Shown: positions 29,379 through 38,220 of the stretch, one piece after another
Numbering within the stretch: the stretch's first letter is position 1
Layout of the letters: every line of letters begins with the position of its first letter
Origin: an uncultured virus (IMG/VR IMGVR_UViG_3300046507_000599)
Taxonomy: Duplodnaviria > Heunggongvirae > Uroviricota > Caudoviricetes
IMG/VR virus record: IMGVR_UViG_3300046507_000599
Reading direction: 5' to 3' (one strand)
Length of the DNA: 64,000 nucleotides
Made by a program: the position numbers and the translations under genes
Notes under the pieces: model-generated
Seen by the model: only the letters and a program-made list of their open reading frames with translations
Database searches by the model: none
What the model was told of the DNA's origin: nothing

Positions 29379-30458
29379 TCATTTAAGAATGTAGAGCACT
29401 ACTAGGACAGCCAACACCCCCCAGAAGAGTTTTCTGCTCATCCCTTGAACCTGCTGGTGAGGCGCGTGAGTAGGCGCGATCGGAGGGGTCGAATTTGGCT
29501 CCTCCACGCTGACGGCAGCGGGCGGCCTGAAACGAACTTCATCCAACTGTTGTTCCAGATCGGAAATCTCTTGCTCTCGATCCGAAATGATTTTTTCAAA
29601 ATTGCTTGCAAGCAAACTGATCGACTTGATCTGTTCGTTGATATGAGTCCCTGCGGCACTGGGCGTTGCTGCAGAGTGATCGCATATCAAGTCCAGCATT
29701 GTAGAGTTGGCGCTATGCCCTAGCCCAACCACACGATACCCAGGATGATCCGCCAGCGCACTCAACACAACTGGATCGTTGAAAGCCGTAAAATCAGACT
29801 CAGATCCCCCTCCCCGGACAATCGCAAGCACGTCAGCACTTGAGGATCGAATAGCTTCAGCAATAGCAGAGGGGCTGCTCATACGAACTGGAATTGGTTT
29901 CACATCAATTCGAGCCAAACTACTCCCCAGCGCTTGCGTGAAGTCGTCATCAACTTGAGCGCTCGTTGCCGAAGAGTGAATGAGGTTCAACGTTAACGTC
30001 GACAACGTAGGGAAAGGGTTGCGTTTAGCCTTGTAGGACCGAAGTGCGTTCAGATTGGCCTGATCTTCACTACGACGAACCTGTGCCTCTATACCCTCGG
30101 CCGCCTTAATGCTCAGAAGCTTAAGCCGAAATGAAGGACTGCCGTTGTACACAGTTATGATCGGCAAACCTGTAACTTCTACGTGATCCCCATCCTTAAA
30201 ATGCTGTACCAGCGCTAGACTGGAATCAAAATAAACATTTCCATCGCATGCTAACGTCCCGCCCAAAATTTTCGACCAGCCAAGCTCCTTTGCCCTGGCT
30301 ATTTTGTCGGAGATAGAACTAACCGTGCCAAAGGATCGAACCAATAGTTCGAGATCTCCCTCCCACGTTCTTAGCTTCCGATTAGCTATTTCGGCGAACA
30401 ATTGATTTAAATCGCCCGCGCTCAAAAGAATACCGCTTCCCTGCTGATTTTCACTCAT
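29379..30458 (-). CDS. Exonuclease VII large subunit-like protein with C-terminal TM (moron)
   Basis: IVRGGGS..DF..FND, GLGH...T..DL..D....TPSAAG; coiled coil; terminal LFWGVLAVLVVLYILK. Confidence 0.8.
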   Translation of the reverse strand: MSENQQGSGILLSAGDLNQLFAEIANRKLRTWEGDLELLVRSFGTVSSISDKIARAKELGWSKILGGTLACDGNVYFDSSLALVQHFKDGDHVEVTGLPIITVYNGSPSFRLKLLSIKAAEGIEAQVRRSEDQANLNALRSYKAKRNPFPTLSTLTLNLIHSSATSAQVDDDFTQALGSSLARIDVKPIPVRMSSPSAIAEAIRSSSADVLAIVRGGGSESDFTAFNDPVVLSALADHPGYRVVGLGHSANSTMLDLICDHSAATPSAAGTHINEQIKSISLLASNFEKIISDREQEISDLEQQLDEVRFRPPAAVSVEEPNSTPPIAPTHAPHQQVQGMSRKLFWGVLAVLVVLYILK

Positions 30459-30509
30459 ATCCTAGACAGCCCAATACGCAAAAAAACGAACTTTATCATG
30501 GGCTACTAT

Positions 30510-30683
30510 CGCGGTCATTCGACAGCATAAGCCATCCATGCTGTCTCGCTTTCCGCATGGCCGTACAGCATGAAACGATAAATCCTTGAGGCCGTGCGGA
30601 GGCCTTTGCCGTGTCGACGGCCTTTACGATCGCGCTATCCAGCTGGGTCAATGGCAGTGCGTGGCGAAGGCGTGTTACGTGGT
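30510..30683 (-). pseudogene. Frameshifted remnant of a small phage gene upstream of terminase
   Basis: VTRLRHALPL...LDSAIVKAVD..PQGFIV, continues in another frame as LYGHAESET. Confidence 0.45.
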
Positions 30684-30782
30684 AACGATTCACTCCACTC
30701 GGCGAGTTGGCTTTTTTGGGAAAGTGCATTACGCGAGTCGGGTATCATCGGTCCTCCTAGAATTTTCGAGAACGCAACGCTC

Positions 30783-31148
30783 ATGCATGGAAGCCTTTTG
30801 ATGGCCGCGCTGGTTATGTCTCCTTCTCTCGCTATCGCAGCCCCTTCTCCCTACGCCTACGACGAAGCCCCTACTGATGGCTTCATGTATGCCATGAGGT
30901 ATCAGCAAGCGAAATTGGCTTGTGGCTCGCTTCCAGATGACCTTGAAGCGGATTATGCAAAGGCAATGCAATTGACCGCAGAAGCCAGTTCCGAATTTGA
31001 GAAGACCTACACGAAAGGCCTGGCAGCAACCCCAAGGTGGCTTGAACCTGCAACGGCTGAAGAGCAGGAGGCAGAGTGCAATCAAGCACAGGTGGCGCTT
31101 CGTGTGACGGTCAGACTTGCACGCCAGTGGTTCCCTGGCGCCTGGTAA
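30783..31148 (+). CDS. Antisense moron, secreted protein
   Basis: Signal peptide (SLAIA), two Cys. Confidence 0.65.
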   Translation: MHGSLLMAALVMSPSLAIAAPSPYAYDEAPTDGFMYAMRYQQAKLACGSLPDDLEADYAKAMQLTAEASSEFEKTYTKGLAATPRWLEPATAEEQEAECNQAQVALRVTVRLARQWFPGAW

Positions 31149-31180
31149 CAACTAGCAGCGTTCGCAAAGTGCAATTTGAC

Positions 31181-31513
31181 TTACTCAGGCTTGCGGGTCG
31201 GCAACTTGAAGTCAGTAACCCGGTCCGCGATGCTGCGGATCTTCTCCACTCCCAGGAACCCTACCCAGCCACCGGCAAAAGTGGCCATGCTCTGGGGCAA
31301 GCCGAAGAAGTCCAGGCCGCTGATGATGGTCAGGGTCAGGCCGCCGCATATGGCGCCTTCCACAAGCATCTGGCGACGAGTGCCGCCACCGTAAGTGATC
31401 CGCAGCACGGCCATGGCGCAGGACAGCGCAGCCGCATAGAGGATTGGCGAATGCTGGCTCAACCACGCAAGCGCTATCGCCCATGTGTCTGGTTTGTCTG
31501 GCATGTTTGGCAT
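31181..31513 (-). CDS. Holin, lambda S-like
   Basis: Three TMs, GGWVGFLGVEKIR, basic C-terminus; first late gene. Confidence 0.9.
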   Translation of the reverse strand: MPNMPDKPDTWAIALAWLSQHSPILYAAALSCAMAVLRITYGGGTRRQMLVEGAICGGLTLTIISGLDFFGLPQSMATFAGGWVGFLGVEKIRSIADRVTDFKLPTRKPE

Positions 31514-31763
31514 CTCGATTCCTCCCCTTCAGGGAGATAGGAATATCGCAGGCGGTGTCCCGCGGATTTGATTCAGCTCCAACAACACTCCGTGCTCGGA
31601 GCAATGGGTATTGGAACCGAAAACGAAAAAGCCCCTGCGGATGCAGAGGCCTGAATAACGGCCTATGTAGGCGAGCCGGTAATGGGGTTAAAGGGTGCTC
31701 GATCTACTTGACTATAAATGATTGACAAACGAGTCTCGGATTTTGCCAAGACTGGAGAACCTA

Positions 31764-32366
31764 ATGGAATGGAATTTGATCTGGACCACGGTAGCAGCGG
31801 TTGCTGCAGCATTATCAGCCATCACTGGCGCGGCCTCAGCTTACGCGGCCTTCAGAGCAATCAAGGAAAACAATTCCAACCATACAAAAGCTAATGAGGT
31901 GGCGGAAAAAGAGCGAAAAAATGAGCGCCTACTCGCCCATGCGATAACTACATTGGAAAGATCGTATAGCACCCTTGATGGAGGCAAACCCAGCTTAAAC
32001 GTTCCACCCAAAAACCGAATCAATTGGCTCACTTCTGCACGACTCATACAAGAATACAAAAGTACGAAAGCCAGAATTCAAGACCCGTTTATTCTTCAAG
32101 AGTGCATAAGTCACGAAGCGTACTGGCGAAACAAGTTTTACGTTCGCATTGACCCGCTGAGCCATGGCTTCCCGGACTATTTCAAACAAGGGGAAGGGGA
32201 AAATATTCAACTCACATCGGCCATCGTCGTAGCAGATTTTTCGATGTGGCCTGAAGGAAGGGAAGACCCCATAGCTGAGCTCGAAGGCGCGCCAGAGGCA
32301 ATTACTGGGCGGCCACTTCATCTGAAATGGTTCAACCTGCTCCAGATCGTGAAAAGCAGCAAATAA
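31764..32366 (+). CDS. Antisense moron with N-terminal TM
   Basis: GGAG RBS; convergent on the late terminator. Confidence 0.75.
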   Translation: MEWNLIWTTVAAVAAALSAITGAASAYAAFRAIKENNSNHTKANEVAEKERKNERLLAHAITTLERSYSTLDGGKPSLNVPPKNRINWLTSARLIQEYKSTKARIQDPFILQECISHEAYWRNKFYVRIDPLSHGFPDYFKQGEGENIQLTSAIVVADFSMWPEGREDPIAELEGAPEAITGRPLHLKWFNLLQIVKSSK

Positions 32367-32374
32367 CAAACAAT

Positions 32375-32402
32375 AAAAAACCCGGCAGTAGCCGGGTTTT
32401 TT
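32375..32402. terminator. Bidirectional terminator (tR'-like)
   Basis: AAAAAA-CCCGGC-agta-GCCGGG-TTTTTT. Confidence 0.85.
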
Positions 32403-32446
32403 ATCTTCGAGAAAATTGCCGAAGGCAAAACTTTAACATTGACGAA

Positions 32447-32475
32447 ATAGTGCCCTCAGCCGTGCGGGAAGTCAA
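32447..32475 (-). promoter_or_regulatory. Late promoter, pR'-like
   Basis: TTGACT-N17-CACTAT; -35 overlaps the Q stop codon; terminator ~45 bp downstream. Confidence 0.65.
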
Positions 32476-33053
32476 GCGGCCTCTTTCATTTTACAAATCA
32501 CACCGCCAATTGGGCTTAGTGCACGTGCATCGATGTCGTAACAAGCATCAAAGCAAAGCTGCACGAAGGGCTCCCAATCACGCCCCCAAGCTGCGGACGG
32601 CAGCTCGACGTCGTACTCCCCTTTCATCCAGGCTCGGAATAACTCAGGCTTTATCAGCGGATCGGCATTGGCCGATTGTCCGCCTTGGTGCATGTAGCGG
32701 TAACGACGAAACACGCCCTTGACAACGTATTCAGCCCGCTCCCGCTTGCTGGCGGTCATGCGTGCTGCTCGCGAACATGCAAGATTGAAAACCGCAGCTT
32801 CGGCCTCCTCCCGATCATCATCTGTCGGCTCAGCCGCATACATAGCATTGCCGAAAGCCCGCAGTTGAAAGTGAAGCCGTGCGATAGCCGACTGAATGTG
32901 GCCGGATAGCGCCGCGTGCATCGCAGGGTTCGCCGTGGGACCTCGCTCTGTGCTCTGCACCACTACCCCCAGTTCGGCAGCGTCGGAAGTCTGGCCCGGG
33001 ACCGGGTTGTATTTGCAGTCGTGCCACGCTTGGCGCGCTGAGTTGATTTTCAT
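32472..33053 (-). CDS. Probable late antiterminator (Q position)
   Basis: Last delayed-early gene before promoter/terminator/holin; MKINSARQAWHD family. Confidence 0.65.
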   Translation of the reverse strand: MKINSARQAWHDCKYNPVPGQTSDAAELGVVVQSTERGPTANPAMHAALSGHIQSAIARLHFQLRAFGNAMYAAEPTDDDREEAEAAVFNLACSRAARMTASKRERAEYVVKGVFRRYRYMHQGGQSANADPLIKPELFRAWMKGEYDVELPSAAWGRDWEPFVQLCFDACYDIDARALSPIGGVICKMKEAA

Positions 33054-33634
33054 GCTGCGTGCCCCTTTTTCAGTTCTCTGGTCTTCGCCCGATATTCGGC
33101 CTTGATGGTTTTGATTTCTTCGACGGTGTGCTTGCCGGCCGGGCGCGGCCCTTCCAGCCAATCGACCTTTTCCGGACCGATCAGCTGCAAGAGCGAAAGC
33201 CGGTAATTCACCAGGTTGCCGGACAGGTGCGTGTTACATGGCGCGCACTGCTTCCACACATTGAGCGGCTCGAATCTCAGCTCGGGGTTTGCTCCCACAG
33301 AGCGGTAGTGCCCCGCGTGGTATTGGCCTTCGTGATGACGACCGCAGCTCACGCAAGGGCGATCGGAATCACGCAGGCGGACCCACTCGTTGAACGCCGC
33401 CTGTGCTTCGCGCAAGTGATCCGCCCTGCTCTTCAGCTTCTCCTTGCGCACCTGAATCTCGCGGCGGTCGCGCTGGGCGATGGCCTTGCGGGCTTTGTCC
33501 TGATTCTTTGGAGCATCGATCAATGCGCATGCCGGGCTGCAAACCGCCTGCCCCATCCGCGATGGAACGAATGAGGCCCTGCAGGTAGCGACGCGGCATT
33601 TCTTGGGCTTTGGCTGCTTCCTTGCGATCGTCAT
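33050..33634 (-). CDS. ninG: NinG/Rap-like endonuclease
   Basis: CxxC, VCSPAC, CVSCG..H..AGHY, QC..CN..LSGN. Confidence 0.9.
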   Translation of the reverse strand: MTIARKQPKPKKCRVATCRASFVPSRMGQAVCSPACALIDAPKNQDKARKAIAQRDRREIQVRKEKLKSRADHLREAQAAFNEWVRLRDSDRPCVSCGRHHEGQYHAGHYRSVGANPELRFEPLNVWKQCAPCNTHLSGNLVNYRLSLLQLIGPEKVDWLEGPRPAGKHTVEEIKTIKAEYRAKTRELKKGHAA

Positions 33635-34101
33635 GCAGCCTCCTGGCTCAACAGATCATCGAAGTACACGCCCTGCTGAGAGAAGCGCGCGACGATGCGG
33701 TCGGTATAGGCCATGCCCTGTGCGCGGTTGAACAGACTGGTTACCGGGAATCCGTCCGGGCCGAATAGCTTGCAGCCTCCCATCATGGCCAGCTTCGTCT
33801 CGTACGGAAGGTGGCGCATGACGCGGTACCACTCGGCCTGAAACCCGGCGTCCTCATTCAGCAAGATCTGCACGCCGACGTGCAATTTGCAGTACCGGCG
33901 GGCGTCGGCCTCATCGCCGATCTGGGTCATCTCTGCGATGCGTTTGTACATCGCGAACCACAGCCGGTTTTGGTCGAGCGTGCGGTCCTTTCCCGGGCGC
34001 AGCGACACCACGACGAACTTCTTGTCGCGGTACATGGCGCTAAGCTTCGTGATGGCCTCGGAGAGTTTCGCCTGACAGTTCACGGAGATTTTGTCAGCCA
34101 T
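33631..34101 (-). CDS. Nin-region protein (NinB-like)
   Basis: RTLDQN..W motif; position. Confidence 0.6.
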   Translation of the reverse strand: MADKISVNCQAKLSEAITKLSAMYRDKKFVVVSLRPGKDRTLDQNRLWFAMYKRIAEMTQIGDEADARRYCKLHVGVQILLNEDAGFQAEWYRVMRHLPYETKLAMMGGCKLFGPDGFPVTSLFNRAQGMAYTDRIVARFSQQGVYFDDLLSQEAA

Positions 34102-34321
34102 GGGTGGCCACCTTGTTCGGCAATCCGTTGATCAGCTCGCCGAGTTGCTGTGTCAGTCGCTCGTTCTCGGCCAGCAACTCAAGCGCCACCTCTTCCACGG
34201 TTTTCTTCCCGAGAAAGTCCTGCAGTGCCTCAGTGTTGCGCTTCCAGTCTGCACAATCGGTGCTGTACGACGCCGCCTCGGCCCACAGCAGCTTCTGGAG
34301 TTTTTGTTTGTCGATGGTCAT
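34094..34321 (-). CDS. Hypothetical phage protein
   Basis: Coupled ORF; LELLAENERL. Confidence 0.7.
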   Translation of the reverse strand: MTIDKQKLQKLLWAEAASYSTDCADWKRNTEALQDFLGKKTVEEVALELLAENERLTQQLGELINGLPNKVATHG

Positions 34322-35115
34322 TGAGCCGCGCTCCTTGCTTCCAATTGTTCGGCCTGCTGGATAAGCAGCGCCCGGCGATCCGCCAGCTCATTGGCTGCCA
34401 GAATTCGCAGTTCTGTTTTTTCCTCGGCCGATGCTTGGCGCATGGCGAGCATCGAATCCTTCACCGCGGCGAGCTTCTCGCGCAGTTTTGGCGAAGGTCG
34501 CGCAACCTCACCGGTGAGCAGCCCAACGACGGCCCTGCCGTCTTCAGTAATCGGCCCGACACTCAAGTCGGCCAGGTACAACTGCCCGCGCTCATGTGGG
34601 ATCCGTTGCATCTGTACGGCCTTCGTGATCGCCTGGGTGCGGCGGTTGGCGTCGAAACCGACTGACACGTGCCAATTGACGTGTTTGTTGTCCTCACGAG
34701 CCTGGCCCACCAAACGCTCGTAAGCGCTGTTGAACGCCATGCGCGCACCGACCTTGTCGCCGGCGTCGAGTACAGGTTTCGCGGCTGCCAGCGCGAGCAG
34801 GATTTCATCGGTCAGCACCACGGTTTCGAACTCGTCGTTCGTAGTCATGGCGATTGACCAAGCTTCGTCCTTGCCCGGGCGGCCATCTGCAACCTGAACT
34901 CGCTGGAGGATGTCAGCCATGGCCAACTTGCCCTTCACTTCGAAGCGGCAAGCCTTCAGCGCGGCCTTTACCACCTGCACCGGGTAAGCACAGAGATCTT
35001 CGGCCATGATCGCCGCGGTGCCCGGGTTCATTTCCTGACCCATGGCCTCGGCAGTGGCGCAGATCGCAGCAGCGAGCCCGGCGACCTGCTGGTCATTCAT
35101 TTCAAAGGTATTCAT
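34318..35115 (-). CDS. Replication protein, P position (helicase loader-like)
   Basis: Directly after initiator; DGRPG.DEAW. Confidence 0.65.
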   Translation of the reverse strand: MNTFEMNDQQVAGLAAAICATAEAMGQEMNPGTAAIMAEDLCAYPVQVVKAALKACRFEVKGKLAMADILQRVQVADGRPGKDEAWSIAMTTNDEFETVVLTDEILLALAAAKPVLDAGDKVGARMAFNSAYERLVGQAREDNKHVNWHVSVGFDANRRTQAITKAVQMQRIPHERGQLYLADLSVGPITEDGRAVVGLLTGEVARPSPKLREKLAAVKDSMLAMRQASAEEKTELRILAANELADRRALLIQQAEQLEARSAAQ

Positions 35116-36073
35116 TGCGCTCCCCCGCTTGGCGCTTGGCCAAGACCATTTGCGCGGCCTGCTCGGCGGCGGAGACGTTCGCTTCGGTGCGCTCCATCTG
35201 ACGCGCAGTCGTCCCGTTGATGCGCTGACCAGTCACCCACTGGGTGTGGTAGCTCTCGGCGTTGGCCAACAGTTCGTTGAGGCTGTGGCACTTGCGCAGA
35301 ACGGCGGCATCGCTGGTTTTCAGGTAGTGCGCGGCGACGTGGTGAGCGACATCGGCGCCGAGGCGGTCGACCAGTTGCCCAAGCTGGCCACCGACCTTGG
35401 CGTTCCACACCGGCCAGGTGCTGTAGCGCTTGCGGTAGGCCATGGCGTAGTTCGCCCAGACCTTGAAGGTTTTGCAGGACTGGTCCTTGGGGCCCGGCAT
35501 GTCAGCGGGAATCTCAACCCGTGGCGCATCGGTGCGGTCAACAACAAGCACTAAGTTGCGGGACGGCTTGTCCGGGCTGCCTCGCAAGCCCTGACTGGTA
35601 TCCTGATTAGTACCCTGATGATTGGTATCCTGATTTGTCGGAGATTTTTCCGACCCTGCCTCGGATTTTTTTCCGACCTTGATCGGAGATTTCTCCGAGG
35701 TAGATCGGATTTTTTTCCGACCTCCGTTCTTTGGTGGGGTCGGATATTTTTCCGACCCGTCGAGCTTCTGGTTCCACTCGATCGCCTTTTCTGTCAGGCG
35801 AAAAAGTGTGATGTTCGAAGTACTGGAAAGCTCAATCAAACCGGCTTCTTCCAGAGCCTTAAGCATGCGGTAAGCGGTGTCTGGCTTATCCGTAAGCAGC
35901 GGCAGCTCCTCTGTGATCTTGGCCTTGCTCAGAGCGAAGAAGATCCCGTCGTCAGTCTTGATTGGCTTGGTCCAGCTCGGGCAGCCGTAGACGAAGGCAA
36001 ACAGCAGGGCCTGCTGAGAATTTAGCCCCCACTCCAAGGCCTTCACCTGATTGATGGTTACGGTGAACTGCAT
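35102..36073 (-). CDS. Replication initiator (O-like)
   Basis: N-terminal wHTH-like region; iterons in gene centre. Confidence 0.85.
   Translation of the reverse strand: MQFTVTINQVKALEWGLNSQQALLFAFVYGCPSWTKPIKTDDGIFFALSKAKITEELPLLTDKPDTAYRMLKALEEAGLIELSSTSNITLFRLTEKAIEWNQKLDGSEKYPTPPKNGGRKKIRSTSEKSPIKVGKKSEAGSEKSPTNQDTNHQGTNQDTSQGLRGSPDKPSRNLVLVVDRTDAPRVEIPADMPGPKDQSCKTFKVWANYAMAYRKRYSTWPVWNAKVGGQLGQLVDRLGADVAHHVAAHYLKTSDAAVLRKCHSLNELLANAESYHTQWVTGQRINGTTARQMERTEANVSAAEQAAQMVLAKRQAGERNEYL
35638..35755. repeat. Origin iterons, 5x TCGGA-N6-TCCGA
   Basis: Copies at 35638, 35661, 35683, 35705, 35740. Confidence 0.85.
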
Positions 36074-36242
36074 GTCAGGTGTTCCTGACGCAGGATGGAA
36101 AAACAAACGTGCGCGACACGTTCAGTGATTTCCGAAAACGTGTCGCGACAGTGTTGCTGGAATTTGGCTGGTTCTGCATAATCAGGCCTCTCTAGTTTAC
36201 GAATCAGCCGACCTCGACCGTCGGCTTTTTTGTGCCTGTCGT

Positions 36243-36668
36243 TTAGGCTGCCTTCACGGACTGCTTGAACACTTCCAGGCTGACAATCACTTCCTCAGCC
36301 TCTTTAAGCAGGCTCGTTTTCTCGACCGAGCAGACTCGCCCATCAGCCTGTGCGTCGAATGCGAGGCGGGTGACGTCGGCAAGATCAGCATGGAGGCGTA
36401 ACAGCGCGGAGTTGAGGTTGATGCCCTCAGGTTTTTCCTTCGGCACCAAGTCGAAGCCGAACGATTCCGCCCAAGCTTTCAGTGGCCTGAAATCCTGGGT
36501 GAACTTCATGATCCGGTGCAGCTCTTCCACGTTCATGCGGTGGGTTTCGTAATGCGGGTTCGCCTTCTGTGAAACCAGCGTGCGGCTAGTGAAGTCAGCG
36601 CCCTCTGCAATGCGCCCCGCTCCGTGGGTGTCCACCACGTCATAAATGGCTGACATCAATTCCTGCAT
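36243..36668 (-). CDS. CII-like regulator
   Basis: Position after cro; KANP...H...EEL...D pattern. Confidence 0.75.
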   Translation of the reverse strand: MQELMSAIYDVVDTHGAGRIAEGADFTSRTLVSQKANPHYETHRMNVEELHRIMKFTQDFRPLKAWAESFGFDLVPKEKPEGINLNSALLRLHADLADVTRLAFDAQADGRVCSVEKTSLLKEAEEVIVSLEVFKQSVKAA

Positions 36669-36746
36669 GTAACACCTCGAGATTCTTTACGTGGCGCCCT
36701 GCAGTTGCAGAGGCGATCATCTGTTCACGAATTGCGGCCAGCAAAA

Positions 36747-36962
36747 TCATGCGGCGGATCTGGCGCTCTTTCCGCGAGTGCACAACTCGCGAGCAGTAAT
36801 TTTTCCGCCGGTCAACTCCTCCGCTAGAAATGCCTTTTCGGCGCGCATCGGATGAATCCCTGAAACCCAGTACGAAACTGCGGCCTGAGACACGTCGAGT
36901 GCTAAAGCGGTTTTGGTTTGCCCGCCGAAGAAGTCGACGAGCCTTTCGATAGGGGTCATCAA
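36747..36962 (-). CDS. cro: Cro-like HTH protein
   Basis: GGQTKTALALDVSQAAVSYW; divergent from cI. Confidence 0.88.
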   Translation of the reverse strand: MMTPIERLVDFFGGQTKTALALDVSQAAVSYWVSGIHPMRAEKAFLAEELTGGKITARELCTRGKSARSAA

Positions 36963-36974
36963 ACAGCCCTCCTA

Positions 36975-37040
36975 ATAAGCCTGCTTATATCCTATTTAGA
37001 AGCAGGCTTATTTGCAAGCCAATAAGGGAACTTATAAATT
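36975..37040. promoter_or_regulatory. OR operators (3x ATAAG-N4-CTTAT) with pR and pRM
   Basis: Operators at 36975, 36998, 37022; TTGCAA at 37012-37017 with N17 to TAGGAT (-) and to TAAATT (+). Confidence 0.8.
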
Positions 37041-37047
37041 CATGTGC

Positions 37048-37704
37048 ATGAGCACACTTGCAGAACGTCTAAAAGAAGCGCGAAAACATGCCAAGCTGAC
37101 CCAGGCAAAACTTGCCGCAGTTTCGGGCGTTGAGCAGCCACTTATTTCCCAGCTGGAAACAGGAAAAAATCTCCAGAGCGCGCACCTTCCAAAATTCGCC
37201 CACATATGCGGCGTCAGCGCCATTTGGCTTTCGGACAACATCGGTCCAATGGTTGTCGACTCCAAAGAGAAGTCCAACGTGTCTGTGGCTTCGCAGCCGG
37301 CACAGAGTTATCGCTATCCGGTGATCAGTTGGGTGTCTGCGGGATCTTGGGCGGAAGCGGTAGAGCCCTACCCAGCTGGAATTTCGGATAACTACGAATT
37401 TTCGGAGTACGACTCAAAAGGATCTGCTTTCTGGCTCACCGTGAAAGGCGACTCGATGACGGCCCCCGCCGGCCAGAGCATCACGGAAGGCACACTGATC
37501 CTCGTCGACACTGAAGCTGAGGTGGTGCCAGGTAAGCTGGTCGTAGCCAAGCTGCCAGATAGCAACGAAGCCACATTCAAAAAGCTCGTCAGCGACGGCG
37601 GGAGGTTGTTCCTCAAGCCGCTGAACCCTAGTTATCCAATTGAACCGTTTGACGAGAATTGCCGCATCGTAGGCGTAGTGGTGCGTGCACTGCAGAAGTT
37701 CTGA
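37048..37704 (+). CDS. cI: CI repressor (HTH + S24 peptidase)
   Basis: XRE HTH, VSAG cleavage site, GDSM, TFKKL. Confidence 0.95.
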   Translation: MSTLAERLKEARKHAKLTQAKLAAVSGVEQPLISQLETGKNLQSAHLPKFAHICGVSAIWLSDNIGPMVVDSKEKSNVSVASQPAQSYRYPVISWVSAGSWAEAVEPYPAGISDNYEFSEYDSKGSAFWLTVKGDSMTAPAGQSITEGTLILVDTEAEVVPGKLVVAKLPDSNEATFKKLVSDGGRLFLKPLNPSYPIEPFDENCRIVGVVVRALQKF

Positions 37705-37799
37705 TAAAGCCCAACATCCGTCGGCAAGCTGGCCATATCGCTACTCAGTGGTCGCTTGAGCTGATAGCGCCGAACCTACTACAAAGGGATCAAGGATCG

Positions 37800-38051
37800 A
37801 TGGTAGATCTGATGCAGCAGCTTGATGGTCCAAGGACTGCACAGCAGGAGTTGTTCTACGACCTTGAGGACGCTACGGCGATCATCGGCTGGTCAGTAAC
37901 CGAGTTGACTGCAATTGCCGGGGTCGCGCGGCCACCTGATGAATCCGTTTCCTTGATGAAGATGGCTGCACTGCTAACTGCTCAGCAGGAAAAGCTTCGC
38001 GGCTATGCGGATGAGGTGAAGGCCGGGCGGATCGTTCGTGCGGAGGAATAG
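37800..38051 (+). CDS. Hypothetical protein
   Basis: AAGGA RBS; 83 aa. Confidence 0.6.
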   Translation: MVDLMQQLDGPRTAQQELFYDLEDATAIIGWSVTELTAIAGVARPPDESVSLMKMAALLTAQQEKLRGYADEVKAGRIVRAEE

Positions 38052-38160
38052 GCCCTGCAAGGTGCTGGGATGGGCAGAAAGCTAAGGCTCGGTCAAAGCG
38101 TCCTGATAAGTCTACGACCGCCCTGTGCGAGTTCAGCCGACCAAATGTCTTGGCCGCCTA

Positions 38161-38211
38161 TTGCATGCTAATTTTTTCCACCTACAATGTAGGAACGAAA
38201 AATTAGCATGC
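38161..38211 (+). promoter_or_regulatory. Promoter overlapped by 14-bp inverted repeat
   Basis: TTGCAT-N16-TACAAT; GCATGCTAATTTTT / AAAAATTAGCATGC. Confidence 0.6.
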
Positions 38212-38220
38212 GAGCTAAAT

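Noticed and set aside
31502..31513. Holin/antiholin dual start (Met-Pro-Asn-Met)
   Set aside because: No basic residue between the two Met codons, unlike lambda S107; unsupported
35638..35755. CRISPR-like repeats
   Set aside because: Short spacing inside the initiator gene fits iterons
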